DNA of 64,000 nucleotides from Octopus sinensis (Eukaryota): contig NC_043000.1 in the NCBI RefSeq assembly GCF_006345805.1, positions 63,054,001 to 63,118,000 on the forward strand, given 5' to 3'. A program made the position numbers and the translations under genes. The notes below the pieces were generated by a model that saw nothing but the letters and a program-made list of their open reading frames with translations, was not told the DNA's origin and searched no databases. Shown here piece after piece: positions 25,966-38,714 of this stretch (positions within the stretch are counted from its first letter, which is position 1; every line of letters starts with the position of its first letter).

Positions 25966-27582
25966 ACAAAGCGTTTTGTGGAAGGAATATTCTGATGATT
26001 GCCTAAGTCATGAAGACGCCGGCCACATCTCCAGAAATACTGACACTGATGGCTGCCCCTTTTTTACTTATAGATTTTATCAAACTTAAAACTATATAGC
26101 TCTTCACAGTAGTTTTTATGCTAATACTTATGGCATGTACAGCTATTTTATGCCATGGGTGTCAGTATAAAACTACATTACAGGACTATATGTTTAAGTT
26201 TAATAAGAAATTCTGTTGATTCGTAACTCCAATAGGAGTTGGAAATGACTGTACTTTAAACATCTATTGAAGAAATAGCAAAAGCCATCTAAGAATCAAA
26301 AACATAAAAGGTTCCTAGTTTAGATGAAACAGCAGAAGTCCAAAAAGCAGATAAGCATGGGAGTGTTATTGAAACTGCTGCTGTTTAGCCCGTCGTCAAC
26401 CATGATAGAACTGATCTGTTATCAAAGGCACTTCAGCCGAGACAACTTGGTATTTTTCGCAGTCATAATATATCTAGAACCACTATATGTTTTAAGACAA
26501 AGTGTGATTTCAAAGAGAATTGGCTGCTATTTCTAGTGTGTCGAAGATAGCTTGAAGAGACTCCCTCGTTGGCGCTTACATTGGTTTATGCGTACATCAA
26601 GTTCTACTGGAGTTACTTCCCTATGCTATAATAACTCTCGTAGAATTTCGGGTTGAACAATTTTTCAATTAACCAATTTTTCAATTAAACAATTTTTCTT
26701 AACATTCTGAAATTAAACCCAATTACGGTCTGGTTTGCTTTTCATCTTTGCGATGTGGGAGACGCGGGGCTCGATGAAATAAGTAGCTGTCATTTAACAA
26801 TTTTTTTCATCTAAACCGTTTTTATCTTTTTGACCATGTACGAATGTAAAACATGTATAAGTTAATCCTTTACCTGTATATCACACATTATACGCAAGGC
26901 ATATTTCCCTGGCGTCCATGCATTATATACACCATGTATGATACACATTCCCAAATTTTTTCAACCACCAGAGTAACTTGGGACTTATGAAAGGAAAGCT
27001 TTGCATTACGCAGATCGTATGAAACCAGGGCTAACTAAACATATGAAAACAAGCATGAGCGTATAGGACAAACTTATGAAAATGCTTTGGACTGGCAAAG
27101 GGTTGGGATTGGCGTATTAAATGTCATCGACGCGCCAAAAGTTCTCAGTTAACTGATATTCCGCCTTTGTTGGGTAAAAAGAATTCGTAGTACCCAAAGA
27201 AAAGGGGAGATAATTTCCAAAGAATTAATTATTTCTGAAAGTTAATTTATATGCTTAGAAGAAAAAGTATGATCTTTGATCCCTGTGGTAAAAGACAACA
27301 ATAGGGCACAATTCAGTATATTAGACATCAGCAGCAGAGTATAACATGTCGATCACACGTCGTAGATTTTTTTTTTTTCATATTGTGTTATGAATAAATT
27401 TTGGCTGTGCAGTTTCGTGGTTTCAGGTGCAGTCCCACTTTTCAGCACTTTGAGAAAATGTCTTCTAATATACCTCAGGACGACCATAGTCTTATGAGCG
27501 AATTTGGTAGGCGAAAACTGCATGGAAGCTTGTCGTATAAAGTTGTGTGTGTGAGTGTGTGTGTGTGTGTGGTGTGTGTGTG

Positions 27583-27661
<79 letters not shown>

Positions 27662-27689
27662 TTGCACGCTCTTTGTGTTTGTGTTTGTA

Positions 27690-27890
27690 TTTGTTACCAG
27701 TCACTGCTTAACAACCGGTGTTGGTTTGTTTATGTTCTCGTAGCTTAGTGGTTCGGAAAAAGAGAACGTTAGAATCAGTACCAAGCTTTAGCGAAAAATA
27801 GTACAGGGGTCGATTTGTTTGACTAAAATCCTTCACGGCGGTGCCAACATGACCACAGTTCAATGATTGAAACAAGTCAAAGAAGATAAA
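27690..27890 (+). mobile_element. SINE family A, 3' half, after (TG)n/(TGCG)n at about 27545-27665
   Basis: Similar to other copies. Confidence 0.7.
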
Positions 27891-28741
27891 TAAAATGTAA
27901 TTTGTGTCTGAAGGTTCGTGCTCTAGTAGGTAGGATGTTGTGCTCACGATTATAAGCTCATGTGTTCTATACCTCGATCGTTTGAATGATGTGTCCTTAA
28001 GCCAGTCTCTCCATCTCAACTTGTGCCAGTCTACACAGCCGAAAATTTACCAGCCAAGTGCTCTGAAACCTTATCTCCCTCATGATGTCACAACCTCGAT
28101 GTTCCGCTGGGTAACAGGGCAAAGAGAATGTCTATGTTTTCTCGCAACTGCATAGACCAAAGCAATTAGCAAAAACATTGCACATGCCACCAAGTCACAT
28201 ACTCGCTTGCGAGTGATGGTTGTGGTTTTGTTTATAATGTGCAGATGTGGTTGTGTGGTAAGAAGTTTACTGCTTCACAATGGCTTTCTTGTAAGAGGTT
28301 TATTGCCTCCTTTATGTTTTGTGATGTAGGAGATTTGTTGACTCAATATGTATTTATGAAGAACAATGTGTTCGGGTAAACAGCAATTGGCAGGCGTTGC
28401 TGTTGCCCTCATTATTATCATATCGTCTATCATTTCATCTCATTATGTCCATGTCCAGCCCACAGCTTCCTTTCTTTGTAAGACCCTTGTGGCCAATTGA
28501 ATGAATAAAAGAAGCTTGCTTCCCAACCACATAGTTCCGGGTTCAGTCACACTGCGTGGCACCTTGGACAACTGCTTTTACTACAATCGCGGGCCGACCA
28601 AAACCTTGTGACTGGATTTGTTAAAATTTTTCAAGGCAGTGCTTCAACATGGCCACACTCTAATGACTGAAACAAGTAAAACATAAAAGAAATTAAACAC
28701 ATGTACAATTTTTCCCAATCTCTTTGTCTTTATTCTATCTT

Positions 28742-28797
<56 letters not shown>

Positions 28798-28871
28798 GCT
28801 GGTGTGCGTGTGTGTGTGTTTTCTCAATTTGGCAGGTTTTTTCATTCATTTGCTGGTTTCAGTTTCTAGAT

Positions 28872-29214
28872 CAGTGGTTCCCAACTGGGATCCACATGGC
28901 CCCGGAGGATCCATATAAGATTTCTGGGGGTCCACGCAACAAAATAGTAAACTTGGGGACCTACAATAGTATTTTAAGGGCCCCTGAAAAAGTTTTGCTT
29001 TAGATGTATATATTGGTTGCAAGAAACAGATTTTTCTCCAACATTTTACATAGTTCAATCTACACAAGTTACTGTGCGAAAAAAAAAAACAAATAGAAAT
29101 TTTGAAAGACGTTTCTATAAAACTAATTTTTAAACATCGAATGGCTATGGGGGTCCACCAGAATAAAATAGTAATCAAAGGGGTCCATAGTTAAAAAATG
29201 TTTGCGAACCCCTG
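28872..29214. mobile_element. hAT-type MITE with 8-bp TSD
   Basis: TIRs CAGTGGTTCCCAAC and GTTTGCGAACCCCTG. Flanks TTCTAGAT (28864-28871) and CTCTAGAT (29215-29222). Confidence 0.85.
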
Positions 29215-29500
29215 CTCTAGATTGAAATCATGCCTTCAAAAATTATAAAATTATGTAGGCGGACATTCTTCACTTTGCAAAGTCGCTTAACAGATGCAAA
29301 ATAAGAGTTTACACTGAACACTCGATTAAAAGAGTTCCATTTAACAAATATTCTAAACTTGAAAGGCAGTGAAAACTGCGCCGATCTTACATCAAAATAG
29401 CAGCTACTTATTTAAGTATACACTCAATTTCTTGCCTTAAATTATTATTTCTTTTTTTTTTTTTGCAATTAATCATTACTATTTATACGAATTTATATCT

Positions 29501-29536
<36 letters not shown>

Positions 29537-30597
29537 GGCTACTGCATGCCATACCTAACTGACCGAAATTATGATAGAAAATATATGTTCAAAGTACTGC
29601 GTAGTAGGAATCGAACCAGAACAAATGTGTGTGTGTGTGTGTGCTTTAGTCTTCAGGACAGATATTTCATGAACTTTGCAAGTCTTCCCAGATTGATTGA
29701 ATCAATATAGTTGGTATTTAGCTTGGACATTTCTTGAATGACAACTACAGAGAGAACTTTGGCTTGAAGAACGTTTCAATAGGTCGACGTTCTGGGACTG
29801 AAAGGCTAAAGAGAAGAAATGGCTAGAGAAGGATTTAGGAGTAAACACACAAGTGGTGACCTGAGGAATAGAAACTAATACATCAGGTAGAAAGAAAAGG
29901 TGCCTTATTCCACTAAGCTGTTCAGAGAAACAGAGTTTTTCAAAGAGGCTATTGATAATAGACGGAGAGATGAGCCAGAGGCTATTGATAGACAGGGAGA
30001 TGTCTTTAGCCCAGAGGTTGTGGGACCCTGCACGCGTAAGGCCCGGTGTGCCCATACCTTAAGATAACACTGAGTCGGAAGGGTTTTTTTTAGAAATTTC
30101 GAAGTGAACTTCTTAACCATGGGACCATGCCAACGTCCGTGACAACTTTTTTACGGTGCTACCTGAAGGAATGTTAAAGTTCCATTAATATAAAATAACT
30201 CATTCCTAATCAATTGTTGACTGAATCAAACTAAATATCGAAAACCAATATTGACAAACCATATCAAGTTTCGGTATACAAATAAAACACAAGCTTAATT
30301 TAGATTAACTTAACAACACCAGCATTGTGTAAATATACAGAAGCTCTTTTCCTATCAGTTACAAAATATGGATAACGTTACACCCTTAGAATAATGCTCA
30401 CTGACATGAATATGATCATTACTCACATATCAGTCAGCATTGCGCGAGGATGAATTTCTAAAAAGCTTAAAACAATGACTTGTTTGATATAAAATAAATT
30501 ACTACTATGGCAGTGTAAGTGACATTCTCACACAAACACATGTACATACACGCATATAAGCACACACGTATGCATATATATATATATATATATATAT

Positions 30598-30810
30598 CAC
30601 TCAGCTGTAGAAATGAGTTGCGACGTCACTGGAGCCAAGCTGTATCGACCTTTGTCTTTCCCTTGGATAACACTGGTGGCGTGGAGAGGGGAGGCTGGTA
30701 TGCATGGGCGACTGCTGGTCTTCCATAAACAACCTTGCCCGGACTTGTGTCTAGGAGGGTAACTTTCTAGGTGCAATCCCATGGTCATTCATGACCGAAG
30801 GGGGTCTTTA
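30598..30810 (+). mobile_element. SINE family B, 3' part
   Basis: Reverse-complement match to 46-150 and 61968-62180. Confidence 0.8.
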
Positions 30811-30920
30811 CTTTATATATATACATATATATATACATGCATACATACATACATACATACATACATACATACATACATACATACATACATACAGGCACAC
30901 GCGCACGCACATACAAATAC

Positions 30921-31815
30921 ACCCGTGGGTGGCTGGAAAGTTTATAGGCTGTCTATGAAGGGGTGATGCTTGAACTACGTCTGTTCAAAGAAGACTTCAA
31001 AAATAACTAGTAGCCACTTCTCTTGAAAAATCAACAAAATTTGGCATCGTAGTGTTATCAATTATCGGCAGAAAAAAAGGGTTTATCCCATAAGAACATT
31101 CATGCTAACATGGATGCTGCATTAGGGGCTGACACTCAACTGCAGCAGTTGAATTTAGGAGGAGAAGGGGAAGTTTTGAAGATGATCCAAGGTATGGATG
31201 TCCTGCCATTGCCACCATCGAGGAAAACATTGATCGTGTTTACCACGTGGTGATTGATGACAGTCTGGTTTCCTTGAACGTTTGCTAGCCCAAGATGAGT
31301 GTTGGGTTGACCACTTTGAGCCAGAGACAAAGAGACAACCCACGCAAATATCCATGCTCACCTCCTCCACAAAAGGCCAAAGTTGTTTCATCTGCGGGGA
31401 AGGTGGTGGCCTCATGTTTTTTTCGGACTATCTTCAAAAGGGCCACACCGCCAATGGAGAGTGCTATGCCAATGTGCTGAGGCAGTTACGAACGGCTGTC
31501 AAGACCAAAGACCCAGGAAAAATGTTTCGTCAGGACAATGTTCCAACACACAAGTCCTTAGTTTCAATGGCTGCTGTGCGTAACTATAGCTTTGAACTGG
31601 TTAATCAGGAGAATAGGGTATTCTCCTGATTTGACCTATCTGATTATGACGTCATATCTGCTGGTGATGAACAATAGAACGAAAGCTTCTTCAACAACTC
31701 CGATGGAAGAAGTGCATGAACCTCAAGGGGCACTATGTTGAAAAATAAGCCTTATTTGCTCACATTCCATAATAGTATTTTAGTCAGGCTATAAACATTT
31801 CACACAACCCTCGTG
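30921..31815 (+). mobile_element. Decayed, internally deleted mariner element
   Basis: QDECWVDHFEPETKRQ, SAGKVVAS, DYLQKGHTANGECY and QDNVPTH motifs. Imperfect TIRs at both ends. Confidence 0.85.
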
Positions 31816-31833
31816 TGTATGTGTGTATGTGAG

Positions 31834-31878
<45 letters not shown>

Positions 31879-32531
31879 GTGTGTGTGCGTGTGTGTGTGT
31901 GTGCGTGATTGACTCTTCCGTTGAAGACGATGTACAAGCATTCAGTTTTTGCCGAACCACCTGCACAAATGATTTGTTTATAGTGATTAACTGCATGCGC
32001 TCACTCCCTCCATCAAATCGACGTTGCTAAACAGATGCACGATATACCACACGTCAAATGTCGAAGTGATCGCAGATCAATGTGAGATGAGGTGTTTTGT
32101 CCAAGTACACAGCACACCACCCGGTCTAGGAATTGAAACTACGATCTCGTGATCGTGAGTGCAGCACACGCAAACATATCATTTAATATACACAGGATTA
32201 AAAAACACACACACAATAATTTGGTAGATATATGTAAGATGCCATTTATCTCCAAACAATCATTCAGGCTCCATACATAGCATTTGTACTATTTGAAAAC
32301 CATGAAGCTTGTCCATGAGAAAATATGACAAATAAATAAATAAATAAATAAATAAATAAGGAGAAGAAAACGTAGAACGAGAAGCAAGAAAAGTAAGAAA
32401 ACCAAGACCTGCGTCCTTTTATCTCTATGGCATTAAACTATTTGTAGCTCTTTTTAAACTTCTCTGTATATCAAAATAATATTTATTTCACACTTGATCG
32501 AGAACTACAAAGTAACTGCAAATTATATATA

Positions 32532-32837
32532 TACTAGCAGTATCACCCGGCGTTGCTCGGGTTTGTAAGGGAAATAACTATATAAGCATTTTTAGAGAGT
32601 TACTTCTCTTATATAAAGCGAGCAAGAAATGAATTAAAAATGCGGGAAAATGATGGTAATTTTTTTTTTAAATCGTAGACTCATCGTAGACGCGCGCTAA
32701 TACCCAGAAGGGCTCGATATGAATCACGACTACAAGATACCCGATTTTGGTTAAACTGCACCGCAAAATGTGGGAGTAGTTAGGAATCTAAATCGGAGTA
32801 GACAAACACACACACAACTTCAGTTTTATATATAAAT
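32532..32837 (+). mobile_element. Non-autonomous Helitron/Helentron-like element
   Basis: Starts TACTAGCAG with a CCCG...CGGG hairpin and ends TTTTATATATAAAT. A second copy lies at 51823-52219. Superfamily assignment is tentative. Confidence 0.55.
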
Positions 32838-32944
32838 GTGAAACAAGGCGGAAAAAAGAGCACTTAAATACCAGAGGTAGAGTAATGCATACACAAACAC
32901 ATACACACACATACACACACACATACACACACACACACACACAC

Positions 32945-32980
<36 letters not shown>

Positions 32981-33246
32981 CATACATACATACTTACATA
33001 CATACATACGTCATGAACAGTAAACAACATGAAATGCGAAAACAAATGAGTTCAATAAGCAAACAACAAATGGAAAACAGGACAAGTAACACAAAGAACG
33101 ACCCTTCATCAGTTGTCGGCAGTCTATCTACTGGTCATTTCGAGCATTGAACGACATATATAGGTGTGTGTGTGTGTGTATGCATATCATATACACATAC
33201 GTATATGTACATACTTACATCTATACGTAAATATATACATATGTAT

Positions 33247-33280
<34 letters not shown>

Positions 33281-33287
33281 ATATATA

Positions 33288-33336
<49 letters not shown>

Positions 33337-33364
33337 AATATATATATATAATATATATAATATA

Positions 33365-34283
33365 ATATTACATTGTATAAAATAAATTACTTTGCCACAT
33401 ACTGAACTCATTAGAAATAGCAGCCAAAAAAAAAAAAGATTTTTTAGCCATTTCTAATACTTAAAGAAAATTATTTTGAGTAAACACTATCTGAGAGAAA
33501 TTTTCTTTAAGTATTAGAAATGGCTAAAAAATCTTTTTTTTTTTTTTTGGCTGCTATTTCTAATGAGTTCAGTATGTGGCAAAGTAATTTATTTTACTAA
33601 GCCCTTTTACACAATGTAATATTTTGAATTCGCCTTAAATGGTCCCTTTACATACTGAATACTTGGTGAAATTGATTAATAGCTAATTAATTTTACCCTC
33701 AATTGTTGAAATTATAATTCATTTCTCTCTGTTTAATGCCTCGGTTTTCACCGATAAAATATGGTGTTTACTAGTCTGACCCACGTGGGTGGAAGGGGGA
33801 GAGCAGGAATTCTTCGCTTGCATATTTTGAATTTGTTGGCACTGTTAGTTTGAACGGATCTTCTGAGGTGAAAAGTCGCCAAAAGGGTATGCTCCTACTT
33901 TCAGTGTTTCCAAATCCGAATTAAGAAATTTTGGGCTGACGAAGAAATGTCGAATTGTATTTGGCTGATCTAGAAACGTACGTCTCAAATAATCTTTGCA
34001 CTTGTGATTTTTTAATGTTTTTACCCCCATACCTTCGTGGGTTATTTTGAGTAAACACTATCTGAGAGAATTTTCTTTAAGTATTAGAAATGGCTAAAAA
34101 ATCTTTTTTTTTTTTTTGGCTGCTATTTCTAATGAGTTCAGTATGTGGCAAAGTAATTTATTTTACTAAGCCCTTTTATACAATGTAATATTTTGAATTC
34201 GCCTTAAATGGTCCCTTTACATACTGAATACTTGGTGAAATTGATTAATAGCTAATTAATTTTACCCTCAATTGTTGAAATTA
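33365..34283 (+). mobile_element. 571-bp-unit hammerhead repeat: ~108-bp inverted segment plus 1.4 direct units
   Basis: Unit markers at 33471 and 34042. CTGACGA at 33936 and GAAACGTACGT at 33973-33983. Homologous to 17987-18840. Confidence 0.8.
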
Positions 34284-34293
34284 TATATATATA

Positions 34294-34377
<84 letters not shown>

Positions 34378-34398
34378 TTATTTATATATATATATATT

Positions 34399-35128
34399 TC
34401 TCTCTAATTTCAGCTCAGAGCTGCGGCCATGCTGATGCACCGCCGTTTTGATACACTGTTATTATTAAGAGCCTCCTCTAATATGTGACACTTGGTGAAG
34501 AATGGAGTTTGATATAGCTACCCTCATTTGCACCTCTTGCCGTGAGGTAGGTTCATCTGGGGCTCTCGGGAGGAAGAGGTCCAGCTTTGATTTTAAAATC
34601 CCTACATCTACTTTGTGCAAGTTCCTCAGGCTCTTTGGGAAAATATCAAAAAGCTGTGGGTCCTTAAAACCCAGGCTGTTGCAGTAACTGGTCCTGAAGC
34701 GTGATGGCGTTGCTGGGATCTTTGGCACTATGCAGTGTCGTCCCGTTCTGGCATTAATGTAGCTTTCAATGCCCAAATTTGGCACAATTCCTTCCAGGAT
34801 CTTCCAGATATATATTACTGCATACCTCTCCCGTCTTCTCTCCAGGGAGTAGAGTCTTAGCAGTTTCAACCTTTCCCAGTAGCTGAGCTGTTGCAAAGAG
34901 ACGATCTTCTTTGTGAATCTTCTCTGGATTGCTTCAAGGACCGCTGTTAATTTCACAGTGGTGGGTGACCATAGCTGTGAGCAGTAATCCAGGCCGCTGA
35001 GGTCGAATGTCCACCAGAGGACCATCATGGTTTCCTTATCTCTGGTTCTGAATGTTTTTAGGATCCATCCAGCCAGTCGTCTGCACTTTATCGCCATCTT
35101 GGTAATGTGCACTTGGATGTCATGAAAC
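34399..35128 (-). mobile_element. CR1-type LINE 3' fragment
   Basis: LDYCSQLWSP, LEAIQRRFTK and LSYWERLKLLRLYSLERRRER in ORF 34465-35355. The ORF N-terminus comes from an adjacent unrelated repeat. Confidence 0.9.
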
Positions 35129-35377
35129 ATGCACAACAAAAAATATGAAGCACGAGTACATGGAATATGAAATATCTTTTCGAATAACGAAAGACAAATG
35201 GAAAACAAAACAAACAGCATAAAAAACGACCCTTCACCAGTTGTTGGCTGTTTTTCTACTCTCGTATTTCGAGCATTTAACAACGATATATGCTTTCGAT
35301 AAAATATTTGGGATTTTGCGGAGTACTTCGCATTTTTTTGTTCTACACGTTTCATGACGTCCTATGCCCACATATGC

Positions 35378-35411
<34 letters not shown>

Positions 35412-35438
35412 GTATAGATGTAAGTATGTACATATACG

Positions 35439-35485
<47 letters not shown>

Positions 35486-35577
35486 TATATATATTATATA
35501 TATATATATTATTCATATTATTATATTATTGAACGCCACGCACCCTCTTCCAAGTAAGTTTTATCTCTCTCTCTCTA

Positions 35578-35613
<36 letters not shown>

Positions 35614-35667
35614 ATATATATATATACACGCACACATACACTCACACACACATACACACACACACAT

Positions 35668-35841
35668 AGGCACAGGCGTGGCTGTGTGGTAAGAAGCTTG
35701 CTCCCTAACCACATGATCCCAAGCTGTCCCACTACGTAGCACCTTGGGCAAGTGTCTTCTACTATAACCTTAGGTCGACCAAAGCCATGTGAGTGGATTT
35801 GGTAGACGGAAACTGATAAATATATATGTGTGTGTGCGTGT

Positions 35842-35932
<91 letters not shown>

Positions 35933-37350
35933 TTAGGTTGTCCGGAAAGTTCTGAGCGTTTTTTAATATGAAAAAAAGAGATATAAATAATTGACCTTTC
36001 AATATATTTTATTCGATGAAATAATTTCCATATTGTTAATGACTTTTGTCCATCTTTCAGGCAATTTAAATATTCCATCAACATAAAATTTGACTGGTTT
36101 TGAAGGAAAGAATTTATCTAGATGCATTTTGACTTCATCTAAATCGTTCAATGTTTTCCTTTCAATGAGTTCTGTAGAGACAAAAACAAGTGGTAGTCGG
36201 ATGGCGCAATATCAAGAGAATATGATGGATAGGGTAAGAAATCCCAGCGAAGTTCATGTAACTTTGTTCGGGTAGCCAAAGATACATATGGTCGGGCATT
36301 GTCTTGTTGGAACACTACCTCTTTCCTGTTGGCAATTGCCGGCCTCAATTCTTGGATTTTTTGGCTCAAATTAGCCAAATGACGGCAGTACATATCAGAA
36401 TTAATGGTCTGGTTTTGTGGGAGATGCCCATAATAAATAATGCCTTTATAATCCGACCAAACACAAAGCATGGCATTTTTGGCATGGATATTCGTCTTTG
36501 GTTGCTATTTTGGAGGTCCTTACGCAAACTCCAGGATCTTTTTCGCTCTGCGTTTTCGTACAAACTCCACAAGTTGTTTCAAAATAGGTATGCTTTTATT
36601 CCGTTTCAAAAGCATATCACAAACGGAATATCAGTCCAAGCAATTCTTTTCTGGGGGTTTGTGAGGGACCCATACATTATAGGTGTTAATGAGCCGTACT
36701 TCTAGAAACTTCTGCAAGTTCTCTAGTCATGATATTTTAGTTTTCTTCGATTTTTGCCTTCAAAACATTTTCATCCAATTTTGAAGGTCTTCCAGTGTGA
36801 CTTTCATCTTCTAAGCGAAATTCACCAGCTTTAAATTTTGCAAATCACCTTCGAACAGTTGATTCACCTACAGCATCATTACCATAACCTTCACAAATGC
36901 TTTTGCAATGCCTTGCAGCATTTTCTCCTTTTTGAACAAAAAAAGCATTACAACGCGAATATGAAATCTTTGGTTCTTCATTTCAAATGTCAATAAAGGG
37001 TAAGCAGAATGAAAGATAAGAATATTTTTAGTCAGGAACAAAGAAAAGATGCTCTACCACCTCAGGCAACGCCAAAGTTTTGTGATACGTTTCAGGTGTG
37101 TTCAATTAAGCGTTAAAAAATTGAGCTTAAAAATGCTCAGAACTTTCTGGACAACCTGATATATGTATATATTTGTGTGTGTTTGTTCTCCCACCATCAC
37201 CTGACAACCGATGTTGGTGTGTTTACGTCCCGTAACTTAGCGGTTCGGCAAAAGACACCGATAAAATAAGGTCTAGGCTTACAAACAATAAGTCCTGGGG
37301 GCGATTTTAGTTCAATTAAAGGCAGTGCTCCAGCATGGCCACAGTCACAC
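35668..37350 (+). mobile_element. SINE family A split by a mariner insertion
   Basis: 5' half at 35668-35820 and 3' half at about 37162-37350. Confidence 0.8.
35933..37159 (-). mobile_element. Near-full-length mariner (DD34D) with TIRs and TA TSD, frameshifted
   Basis: TIRs TTAGGTTGTCCGGAAAGTTCTGAGC and GCTCAGAACTTTCTGGACAACCTGA, with TA on both flanks. MLCVWSD, QDNARP and YSLDIAPSDYHLF motifs. Confidence 0.92.
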
Positions 37351-37359
37351 AGCCAAATA

Positions 37360-37439
<80 letters not shown>

Positions 37440-37563
37440 ACATATATACACATATATATATACATATATATATATACATATATAAATATATATATGTATT
37501 GGTAAAAACGGTAAGATGACAAAAGAAGAATGAGACCTCGATATTATGTAAATAGAGGAAATT

Positions 37564-37720
37564 TATCTGTAAAATAATATGCGACAATTATTTGGTAGCC
37601 AAGATAAAACTCTGAGTTTCGGATGCCGAGATGAAGAGATGGTGTTGTGGATTTCCACCTCGGCATCCGAAACTCAGAGTTTTATCTTGGCTACCGAATA
37701 ATTGTCACATAATATTTTAC

Positions 37721-37725
<5 letters not shown>
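37564..37725. repeat. Hairpin with 67-bp arms and 28-bp spacer, containing a truncated hammerhead-like motif
   Basis: 37564-37630 versus 37659-37725 differ at three positions by my reading. Confidence 0.85.
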
Positions 37726-37793
<68 letters not shown>

Positions 37794-37868
37794 AATATAC
37801 ATATATATATATATATATACATATACATTTATATACATATATATATACACACACATATGTATATATAT

Positions 37869-37926
<58 letters not shown>

Positions 37927-38331
37927 TATATTTTATATATATATATATATTATATATTAAATACCATGCGACATAAATTCTTGATATACCTGAATTATCT
38001 CTGCCTCTAGAGCATGTGCCGTAACTAACAAATGGCTATCAAGACTACCGCCAAAAGAGATGGTAAAATTATCTCCAGCTGGAAATGATCCATTTATTGG
38101 CTTCCATGGTGAGCGAATTCTTCGTGCGTCGGCAGTGGTGCATTGATGTGAAGTACATCGTAGATTGCATTGTAGTATAATGCTGTCTGCTGCGCGTACT
38201 ATAACAAGTGGAACGAGGGTGCACCATTCTTTTCCTCTGGTTTAGCGACTGTTGATTTGAAGACTAGTTCTTTAGTTTGAAGTCAACAAAATGTAGCGGC
38301 ATGTAGCATTAGAAAGTAGCAATTGTTTTTA

Positions 38332-38714
38332 GACGGGTCACCAGTGTAATAGATTGATGTAACAACTGTTCATGCGAAGGCGAAGGCTGCAATTCTTTAA
38401 TGTAATGGTTGGTATTCGTTGCATTCAAGGGTCACCAATTGTAATCGATGCATGTTATGGTGCAACGTCGGGATCACCAATTGTAATCGATGCCGGTTAT
38501 GGGACAACGTCGGGATCACCAATTGTAATGGTTGTTGTTAAGGTGTTGGTCGTCAGTATGCAAGATGGAAGAAGAACAGTGATTGAAGTTGTAAAGAGAT
38601 TTTTATTTATCATTACTTTGTATATATTCAAAACCACGACGGGTTGGTATGCATAATTAGTAAATGGAAGAGCATGCGAGGTAAAAAGAGCTAATTTCGG
38701 CTGGGGTGTGTACA
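38332..38714 (-). mobile_element. LTR 3' end plus repeated tRNA-Trp-type primer-binding site (Gypsy relic)
   Basis: Minus strand ...AATAAA...TTACA-AT-TGGTGATCCCGACGT. Three copies at a 42-bp period plus a fourth at 38332-38349. The left LTR boundary is uncertain. Confidence 0.55.

Noticed and set aside
33060-33160. CTGATGAAGGG on the minus strand (related repeat at 35200-35290)
   Set aside because: I could not build stems II and III in any HHR topology.
34465-35355. 296-aa ORF as a host gene
   Set aside because: It is a chimera of a CR1 C-terminus and an adjacent repeat.
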